Shown piece by piece: positions 9,801 through 16,438 of a stretch of 55,077 nucleotides of DNA. This DNA comes from Candidatus Thalassarchaeum sp. (GTDB lineage: Archaea > Thermoplasmatota > Poseidoniia > Poseidoniales > Thalassarchaeaceae), in the NCBI GenBank assembly GCA_030748335.1, contig JASMMD010000004.1, positions 1 through 55,077 on the forward strand. Reading direction: 5' to 3'. The first letter of the stretch is position 1, and each line of letters begins with the position of its first letter. The position numbers and the translations under genes were made by a program. Below the pieces are notes generated by a model. That model saw only the letters and a program-made list of their open reading frames with translations. It had not been told where the DNA came from and did no database searches.

Positions 9801-11240
9801 ATCAGCGGCTTCGCTGATCTCGGCAGATCTGTCAACAGCGTCCTATCGGGCATAACCTCGGACATCTCCACCAGCTCCGAGTCCGGCGAGGATTTCTCCT
9901 TCGGCATTCAACTCGAGGCAGACTCCACGTTCGACCTCACGGTGGAGGCAATACATGGTGATGGCCCTCTCAAGGCGCCGACCTGGGTTCACGGATTCGC
10001 CTTCCAGTCGGCTCCCTCGGGAATCGCTGATGGATTCCACTTGAGGGCTTGGCTACCCAATCTACCTCCAACGATAGATCTCTCGATATCTAGGTCGAAC
10101 GAAGTCAACGGCCAGGATTGGACAATCAGTCTGGGGCTTGAGGGATGGTACCCCGCACACAGCGAGTTCATGTTCCAGGTATACGGAATAAATGGTCAAG
10201 ATCTGCTGCTCACCCTACAGGGTCTGAGCGTGGGGGTGCCCACGGACCTCGGCCTCGATGCAATCTTTGAGATCAGGACAGTCGGTGAGATTACTGAGGT
10301 CACCACATCAACTCACTATGTCCTCTCAGACAGGTTGGATTGGGTCCACATACTACTCATCAACAGGGAGGCCGGAAGCAGGACTGAGGTGATGATCCAC
10401 GATATCCCGGAGACGGTCGACCTGCAAGCCAGTCTGGGCACGGCGATATCCATCGACATGACGGTCCCTGAACAATATCGGCGCGAGGGATCCTCAGTCG
10501 GCGCCATAATGATGCAGCAGATGCAGTGGCTGGACTCGGCGTGGTGGCCGGCGACGATTTTCCTGACCGACGTGCCCGGCTGGATTAACCTGACAACGGC
10601 CCCTTCTCTTGAGTTCGACATAACCCAGAACATAGCCTTCCAAGGTACCCCGACCCTAGACTTCAGGGCCTCGGAGGAGGGGATGTCACTGTACATCGAG
10701 GCCTTTGGCAGGGCGATAAACAAGAAAGGAGATACCATCCTCCTAGCCGAGGGAATGACCGATTTCATGTCAATCAAGACCACGGAGTCATATGGCCTAG
10801 CAATCAGATCAGGAGGGGTCGGGGTCGAACGTATGTACATCCGTCTCAGTAACGTTCCCATTAGCCCGCCGATGGTGCTCGAGGAGATGGAGGCGCTGGG
10901 GGAGAACCTGAAGCGGGCTACGGTGAACATCAGGGAGGTAGTGGCCCCGTACAGCATCATCGAGCTGGATGACGTGCAAGGCGAGAGAATCATCGTCTCC
11001 GCTCGCGCCTCAGCTGAGTTCAAGGGTACTGAATTCGACCTCAGGGGCGTTCTCCTTGATGCTCAGATTACCGATGGAATCCCGACTGGTACGACTTTGG
11101 GGGTCAATGGGTTGGCCTCGGATCTGTCACTTCTCAACATGATTCCAGGAATGAGCGGCTCGACCAAGCATGTGATGGTCATCGAGCCCTTCTCATCGGC
11201 GATTCTGACGTTGCTCGCTACGCTTCTGGGGGGTGATTGA
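6858..11240 (+). CDS. Giant (1460 aa) secreted/anchored protein B of unknown function
   Basis: Strong Shine-Dalgarno GGAGGTG 7 nt upstream of the ATG. Signal-like LLMALLFLLPILSPFSAVSAEA. One integrin/FG-GAP-like Ca-site motif DVDNDGDDD (about 7425-7458). Short hydrophobic C-terminus EPFSSAILTLLATLLGGD. I recognise no other family motif. Confidence 0.75.
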   Translation: MDNSGVRLVHRAPRTGNSHTLLMALLFLLPILSPFSAVSAEARIESQDFEILDQLSEVLGERQEILDSNSVAQLAQPVIEGVHNSVIPTGASDPLANVDGAIDGASMVTTTPPQPQHPGPYNLLLDPSNSPPGQVDNIWQTLVNLTDYVIWTEYTDLDGNKIETFEVVTFSANLLSLFDINSEPLLHEIDVDNDGDDDIEVGLKIAWEFLGGWGVEGGTLWIEPGISYSVKVLESSQNDLDWNQMDSLQVSLIKAFAYSGQDSILALGEGETYIWVVDSRFTAQPEDFTLRVGIERFYFDISGAGADLVFTLIQALTLGFINQGADESGITFASIAAPYAIEFRNPGGGDCPDRYSPDEMLFATYTELNCGLSAGFGYMHFSPPDDNGDRDLWELAYIELSFHPNKQAVVIPEEADVVIRTDSVLPENNIVDGERGLTTIEYWADERTDLHIHFHENRSELPPEESSDGGRGNVTDSVGWLRGLPKGSLSEGEIERVFRMLGSDGSQSQLPGELPQRLGFIIGIKNFSRDDSENVDDPTLPVNPANPPKTLILLRSVQSLEELDYDSWFIREGAVEDHRKIHITARDLPTALVLYGSFELSGGSSESALDSEDSLDFVSKIVDNVLINIVDLFLDIGTILNDVPSAVVDVISGGVDGTSGLEGRTVHLLLTDNWLVTRSEMPLTSLSVQIGSSDHPIGTGDHLMLARDSEMEMVQGRNGPVEPLTPVSASLSFSGLIAFSLIDDDELDEQTVILRTASDESFSFTFIDYHSGTLDDASFESLKLSDIPSNLSIHVTPSGMEYLASSAIESVTYAGKDDTQRQAAVITGVPDSFSTSSGSMTGWSSSTPISSIEAQISNSTNPVSMTGDHFLFHHDQESQTSTISTRLTGLSEVSWTDPAEFGATGPAGRGTAQISVSGDRALNINVDHAPTVGGTPLSVLASIDPLPSTVGVQIPTGTDSGASLDVPELNTSNGLSGVAFFISGFADLGRSVNSVLSGITSDISTSSESGEDFSFGIQLEADSTFDLTVEAIHGDGPLKAPTWVHGFAFQSAPSGIADGFHLRAWLPNLPPTIDLSISRSNEVNGQDWTISLGLEGWYPAHSEFMFQVYGINGQDLLLTLQGLSVGVPTDLGLDAIFEIRTVGEITEVTTSTHYVLSDRLDWVHILLINREAGSRTEVMIHDIPETVDLQASLGTAISIDMTVPEQYRREGSSVGAIMMQQMQWLDSAWWPATIFLTDVPGWINLTTAPSLEFDITQNIAFQGTPTLDFRASEEGMSLYIEAFGRAINKKGDTILLAEGMTDFMSIKTTESYGLAIRSGGVGVERMYIRLSNVPISPPMVLEEMEALGENLKRATVNIREVVAPYSIIELDDVQGERIIVSARASAEFKGTEFDLRGVLLDAQITDGIPTGTTLGVNGLASDLSLLNMIPGMSGSTKHVMVIEPFSSAILTLLATLLGGD

Positions 11241-11241
11241 C

Positions 11242-11796
11242 ATGGGACTGCTCGAGAAACTCAGCAGCGAGGACGAGGAGGCCGACACAGAGGCGGCTCA
11301 CGAGGTTCTGGAGGCCATCGAGGAGAGGGCAACCAGACTCATCTCGCCGACACGGGTCATTTTCGCCTCCCTGACAGTCGTACTCCTGCTGTCCGCCAGC
11401 CTGTTCGTCCTGACTTGGATAGTCCCCTATGATAGGGTAAGTCTGGACGTGGTTTATCGACAGGGAGGCCCGGGACACGTCGTCTTGGTTGAACTAGACA
11501 ACGACGGCAGTCGAACCATCGAGAACATCGATCTGCAAATCAGGTTCATCGATTCGGATGGCTTAGAGGTATCCAGATCATCGTTCCAGAGGGAGTATTT
11601 ACCAGCCCACTCGTCGGTCTCAGGTGATGACATGGAACTGCTCATCGATGGTGCCTCGGTGTGGGAGAATTACACCATCGAGATACTGCTCTACTACGAT
11701 TCCTACTCTGCCCAGAGGAGCGAGAGGTGGACGCACGATGTAGGGGGATGGACGATGGAGCTGTTCTTCGACGAGACCCAGTACCGGTTCTTTTAG
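11242..11796 (+). CDS. Small single-pass membrane protein C (acidic N-terminus, TM, about 120-aa beta-rich ectodomain)
   Basis: The ATG at 11242 lies 1 nt after the stop of protein B and is preceded by GGGGGGTGA. TM is VIFASLTVVLLLSASLFVLTWIV. The ectodomain contains VELDNDGSRTIENIDLQIRF (an N-x-G strand motif like the downstream proteins). Confidence 0.6.
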   Translation: MGLLEKLSSEDEEADTEAAHEVLEAIEERATRLISPTRVIFASLTVVLLLSASLFVLTWIVPYDRVSLDVVYRQGGPGHVVLVELDNDGSRTIENIDLQIRFIDSDGLEVSRSSFQREYLPAHSSVSGDDMELLIDGASVWENYTIEILLYYDSYSAQRSERWTHDVGGWTMELFFDETQYRFF

Positions 11797-11815
11797 TGCC
11801 CAATCACGACTCTTC

Positions 11816-11834
11816 ATGGGTTCGTAGAACCCAT
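11816..11834 (+). terminator. Perfect hairpin ATGGGTTC-GTA-GAACCCAT, 20 nt after the stop of protein C and following a TTCTTTT tract; putative terminator/processing element
   Basis: Reverse-complement arms verified base by base. 8-bp stem, 3-nt loop. Confidence 0.35.
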
Positions 11835-11867
11835 ACGCTCAAATTGAGGACTGCGAGGCGATAGCCG

Positions 11868-14800
11868 ATGACAAAGCGCTCCGTGACGCTGATGATTGCT
11901 ATTCTTCTGCTGTCATACATCCCGGTAATCGAGCAGTCAGAGAATTCCTCAGACACCTCCTCGCAGTTGTTGGATGGCATGTTCGAGAGAGTGGAGATTT
12001 CTCCTGATCCTAATAGTATTCAGGACCTCGGGGCGCCAGCGATATACTCCGGTTTCGAGGACATCAGAGCAACCAGAGCGGACTCCAGCATAGGCGTCTA
12101 CACCCTTTCCGGATTAATCCCCGCGGTTCAGATGAACGCTGAGCTGGCTCAGCCAAGGAGCGATCTGGCGATGGTCCTCATTGACGGCGAGGTTGGTCTC
12201 TGGGATGGCAGGCAGGCCCTTTTCGAGGCAGGCGACCTCGAAGTCAGGTCCACGATTCCACCTTCTGGATTACTAGTGCAGGCCACACCCGAGACTATCT
12301 CGAAACTTTCCCTGATAGATGTCGTTGAGGCGGTGCACGCAGTCCCCTCAGGCCTCCTCATCCACCCCGAGCTGAGGACGGCCAGCGGTGAGCAGTCGCT
12401 CCTAGTCGAGGTCATGGGATGGAAGGACTCGGACCTGATACGCCACGACCGGCCGGGAATGGGCATCAAGGATTCCTTGGACACGGCAGCTTCCCTGTGG
12501 ATGGAGGAGGCGTGGTCACCCGAACAGGGCAGGATGTGGGGAATGGTCTCGCTCGATGAAGTGGATGACCTAGTCAGGCACCCGTCTGTAGCCTACGTCG
12601 CTCCGATGCCGGTACTGGTTCTGCACAACGATCAGGCTAGGGTGAACATGGGAATCAACTCGGTTGAGACCACGTTCATCACTGGACTGAACGGCAGTGG
12701 CCAGAAGATCGCCGTGGGTGATTCCGGGCTTGACGACGACCACGGCGACTTCACCGGACGGATCGCCGGCCTGACCTCGGTCACCCCTGGTGACTCTTCT
12801 ACTGCCGATCTCTCCGATGGGCATGGCACCCACGTCGCCTGCACCGTGATGGGCGATGGGTTCCGCAGCAGCGGCACCTACCAAGGAGTAGCACCCGAGG
12901 CGCAGGTCTACTTTCAGGCCATGGAGGACGACGATACAGGGCAGTTGTACAGCTACGGCATCAACAGCATGCTCAACTCGGCTTACAACAACGGCGCACG
13001 CCTGCACACCAACAGCTGGGGTGCAGGCAGCGGGGGCGGCAGCTACTCCACTCAGTCGGAGGACGCCGACGATCGCACCTCGACGTGGGATCAGTATTGG
13101 TCCTACCAGGGAATGACGGTGTTATTCGCTGCTGGCAACGAAAGGAACGACGGCGTCTCACCTCCTGGGACCGCCAAGAACGTCATCACCATCGGCGGTC
13201 ACAAGAACCGATACAACGGTGCTCCTGACGAGATGTACTACTGGAGCAGCCGAGGTCCTACTGACGATGGCAGAATCAAGCCCGACCTCGTTGCACCAGG
13301 CGACTACGTCAGGTCATGCAAGTCGCAGGAGGCGGACAGCGCTCAGGGCTCTTGGAGCAACAACTGGTACCTCGAGTACAGCGGCACTTCGATGGCCACC
13401 CCAGCAGCGGCTGGAGCGGCCGTACTCGTCAGGGAGTACCTCATGGAGGTCATCGGCAGGCAGGCCCCCCAAGGAGCTCTGATCAAGGGACTCCTGATAC
13501 TGGGAGCTCAGGATATGGGAACCCGCGACATCCCCAACGACGACGAGGGGTGGGGCAGGGTGAATCTAGTCGACTCGCTGATTCCTGACAGTGATGTTGG
13601 GATCTTCGTAGACGATCGCTCGAGACTCTCGAGCGGGCAGACGAGCGAGTACACGTTTGACATCACTCGCGCGGGCGAGCCCATGAAGGTCGTACTGACT
13701 TGGTCGGACTACCCCGGATCCTCCTCATCCTCGAACCAACTCAGGAACGATCTCGACCTAGAGGTGATATCGCCCAACGGACAGGTCACGTACAAGGGAA
13801 ACGCATTCGTCAACGGGCGTTCGGTTACTGGCGGGACCAAGGACTCGATTAACAACGTCGAGGTCGTGCTGATCGACAACGCAGCCACCGGGACGTGGAC
13901 CGTGCGCGTGCGCGACGCCCAGCACGGTGGCGGTAGGACTTGGCAACCGTACGCCCTCGCCGTACGAGGCGTCAATGTCAACGACCTCAGCCCGGACCCG
14001 GCCTTCATACAGAACTCCTTCGAGATATCTTCACCGATTCCCCAGGTGGGGGAGGAAGTGGATGTCTCTGTCACCATTCAGAACCAAGGCGCCGGTTCCG
14101 TCGCCGACCTATCCGTCATCGCTCGGGCAGATAGCGAACTCCTCGGGACCCACCAACTGAGCATGTCCCCGGGAGAGTCGACCGTACTCGAATGGAACTG
14201 GACGCCGACTCAGGAGGGGGATGTCGTGTTCACATTCCACATAGACCCGAGCGACACCGTCGAGGAGGCCTCAGAGAGCAACAACTACCTCACCCAGACG
14301 GTAGTGGTCAGCGCGCCGGGAGTCAGAGTCACCTCTGAGCAGGAGACGGTAACTCTAGGCGACGCCACTCATAGTTCGACCACATGGCAACTCTCGCTGA
14401 TGAATACCGCCCTCTTCGAGACCAACGCTACGATAGAGGTCAGCGACCCCGTGAGGATCCAGGACGGAATGCAGTACGACTGGTTCACCTCGTTCACGTC
14501 TAACACCTTCAATCTAGAAGCGGCCGAGACCGAATCGGTGAGCCTGACGATGGTCCATCCAGCGCCACCACCACCCGGACTGTATAGCATGGTCGTAACT
14601 GGGACCGACGTTGAGAACAGTGTCACCTCCGAGCTCGTGATTTACTTCGACGTGCCCGTTCTGGCCGGAGTCGACATCGTAATGCCGAGTGAGCAATTCC
14701 TGATCAGCCCCCTCGAGCCTACGGAACTACAGATACTGGTCTTCAACGAGGGCAACGGCGCCCAGACCTACGACGTGGAACTAATCTCACCTGCCGGCTG

Positions 14801-16373
14801 GCATCTCGGGCTCGACACTCTCGGGGCGTTCACCGGGTCCTCGCATGGCTCCACTGGAACTATGGCCAAGGATTCCGGTCGGGCTATAGACATCACAATC
14901 AACCCACCTGGAGCGATGATACCCGCAGGATCGGTATTCGACGCTGCGGTTATCATCCACTCGCGAGTTAGTTCCGACTCGTGGAGCGAGGACATACCAC
15001 TTGTGGTCAAGGCGATAGACGAGGTCACCACAACACCGTCCTCCGATGGAGTCGAGCACGATATCGCCCCTGACGCGCTGCTAGAGATCGAGGTGGAACT
15101 CAACAATCACGGCAATCGGTTGCTGGACCTGCAGCCGTATGTACGGAACATGCCCGGAGGGTGGACCGTATCAGGTGGGCTCGAAACCATTAGTATTCCA
15201 GCCGGTGAGACCGGCGTCTGGTCGGTATCACTGCAGGGCAACGGAGTCGCTATCAGCGGGGTTTTGGAACTCAGATTCGCCACAGGTGACGGTTTCTACA
15301 TTGATTGGAACAGGACTCTGAACGTCCTCTCGGGGGCAATCCCGACTCTGGACTTCCACATGGTCGCCCTACCCGATGGGACCGTCGCAGACCACCCACT
15401 GGGAGTCGGGGCGCACCCGGTTGGCGATCCCGGATTCGACCTTGCTTGGACTATCACTAATCAGGGCTCGACGACCTGGAGACCGACCACTTACCTCGAA
15501 GTACCCGACGATGACTGGACATCGTCGTGTTCTGCTCCTTCCACGCTCTCTGCCGGAGCCTCGTCCACGGTCTGGTGCACGGTGGTTATACCACTCTCAG
15601 CCGAGGCATCCTCCGAACCCATCGTCACCCTTGTGATGCAGGGCGAGGGCGTGGAGATCAGTGACTCGATTTCCCTGTTTGTGGAGTCAGTCGCCAGAGT
15701 GAGTTGGTCTCTGACCAACCAGCCCACTGGGCACGAGGGATATCCGACCACGCTGTACATAGATCTGGAGAACACCGGGAACTCGGAGATATCCCACATC
15801 CTGCAAGTCTCCGGACCGGAAGGATGGAACCCGTTGATTCTCGACGGCGTGGTGGTCAACCTTAGACCGGGCGAGATTAGGAGTCTGGATCTAGGATTCA
15901 CACCCAATTCGGGGGAAGATGGTGTAGTCGTCGTGGAGTTGGTCGACGCCGATGACGTCGAAGATTTTTCCTTCAGCATAGAGATCGACGTTCTTCCGGC
16001 CTCTAGGGAGCAGGGAAGTTCTCCGTTGAAGACGCTTCTCATCGCATTGATTGTGCTGGCTCTAGTGGGTGGCGGTCTCTATGTCTACTCCCGCAGGGGA
16101 GGTGCTCCCTCTAGCCTGATTAAGACTGACTCCCTGAGCAAGATAGCTGACAGTCTCAGCCCGATATTTCCGAGGGAACAAGATGAGGAAGAGGAGGGTA
16201 GTGGCATTCCCTGCTGGATCTGTAGTCAGGACATCACACTGGGCGAGGCGTGGGCCTGCTCCGAGTGTGGCGCTAGGTACCACACGGCAGGGCAGGTGCA
16301 GGGCTGCGACATCGTTTCGATGGGCAACTGCCTGCACTGCGACGCCTCTTCTGACGAACTGGTTGAAGCGTGA
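11868..16373 (+). CDS. Membrane-anchored subtilisin-family (S8, pyrolysin-like) serine protease D with beta-sandwich repeat stalk, TM and cytoplasmic Cys-rich zinc-finger tail
   Basis: Catalytic triad motifs: AVGDSGLDDDHGDF (Asp codon 12720), DGHGTHVAC (His codon 12822), SGTSMATPAAAGAAVLV (Ser codon 13389). Oxyanion-hole motif TNSWG. Post-catalytic LTWSDYPGSSSSSNQLRNDLDLEV jelly-roll. About 6 N-x-G-N repeats (IQNQGAGSV, VFNEGNGAQ, LNNHGNRLL, ITNQGSTTW, LENTGNSEI). TM LLIALIVLALVGGGLYVY. Tail CWIC-x11-CSEC-x4-H-x7-C-x7-CLHC. Confidence 0.9.
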   Translation: MTKRSVTLMIAILLLSYIPVIEQSENSSDTSSQLLDGMFERVEISPDPNSIQDLGAPAIYSGFEDIRATRADSSIGVYTLSGLIPAVQMNAELAQPRSDLAMVLIDGEVGLWDGRQALFEAGDLEVRSTIPPSGLLVQATPETISKLSLIDVVEAVHAVPSGLLIHPELRTASGEQSLLVEVMGWKDSDLIRHDRPGMGIKDSLDTAASLWMEEAWSPEQGRMWGMVSLDEVDDLVRHPSVAYVAPMPVLVLHNDQARVNMGINSVETTFITGLNGSGQKIAVGDSGLDDDHGDFTGRIAGLTSVTPGDSSTADLSDGHGTHVACTVMGDGFRSSGTYQGVAPEAQVYFQAMEDDDTGQLYSYGINSMLNSAYNNGARLHTNSWGAGSGGGSYSTQSEDADDRTSTWDQYWSYQGMTVLFAAGNERNDGVSPPGTAKNVITIGGHKNRYNGAPDEMYYWSSRGPTDDGRIKPDLVAPGDYVRSCKSQEADSAQGSWSNNWYLEYSGTSMATPAAAGAAVLVREYLMEVIGRQAPQGALIKGLLILGAQDMGTRDIPNDDEGWGRVNLVDSLIPDSDVGIFVDDRSRLSSGQTSEYTFDITRAGEPMKVVLTWSDYPGSSSSSNQLRNDLDLEVISPNGQVTYKGNAFVNGRSVTGGTKDSINNVEVVLIDNAATGTWTVRVRDAQHGGGRTWQPYALAVRGVNVNDLSPDPAFIQNSFEISSPIPQVGEEVDVSVTIQNQGAGSVADLSVIARADSELLGTHQLSMSPGESTVLEWNWTPTQEGDVVFTFHIDPSDTVEEASESNNYLTQTVVVSAPGVRVTSEQETVTLGDATHSSTTWQLSLMNTALFETNATIEVSDPVRIQDGMQYDWFTSFTSNTFNLEAAETESVSLTMVHPAPPPPGLYSMVVTGTDVENSVTSELVIYFDVPVLAGVDIVMPSEQFLISPLEPTELQILVFNEGNGAQTYDVELISPAGWHLGLDTLGAFTGSSHGSTGTMAKDSGRAIDITINPPGAMIPAGSVFDAAVIIHSRVSSDSWSEDIPLVVKAIDEVTTTPSSDGVEHDIAPDALLEIEVELNNHGNRLLDLQPYVRNMPGGWTVSGGLETISIPAGETGVWSVSLQGNGVAISGVLELRFATGDGFYIDWNRTLNVLSGAIPTLDFHMVALPDGTVADHPLGVGAHPVGDPGFDLAWTITNQGSTTWRPTTYLEVPDDDWTSSCSAPSTLSAGASSTVWCTVVIPLSAEASSEPIVTLVMQGEGVEISDSISLFVESVARVSWSLTNQPTGHEGYPTTLYIDLENTGNSEISHILQVSGPEGWNPLILDGVVVNLRPGEIRSLDLGFTPNSGEDGVVVVELVDADDVEDFSFSIEIDVLPASREQGSSPLKTLLIALIVLALVGGGLYVYSRRGGAPSSLIKTDSLSKIADSLSPIFPREQDEEEEGSGIPCWICSQDITLGEAWACSECGARYHTAGQVQGCDIVSMGNCLHCDASSDELVEA

Positions 16374-16378
16374 AATTG

Positions 16379-16397
16379 CGCGACCCTAGGGGTCGCG
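16379..16397 (+). terminator. Perfect hairpin CGCGACCC-TAG-GGGTCGCG, 5 nt after the stop of the S8 protease gene
   Basis: Arms verified base by base. 8-bp GC-rich stem, 3-nt loop. Confidence 0.35.
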
Positions 16398-16438
16398 TTG
16401 CCCGAAGTCCTTAGAGGGACGGTTATCTCGGGGTGACG

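Noticed and set aside
10316-11023. Long antisense ORFs inside strongly supported genes. Examples: 10316-11023(-), 5833-6537(-), 15491-16042(-), 21695-22465(-), 26475-27050(-), 38084-38875(-), 2349-2906(+).
   Set aside because: The translations are Ser/Arg/Pro/Leu-rich and carry no motifs. They lie wholly inside genes with clear family signatures on the other strand. These are typical shadow ORFs of GC-rich DNA.
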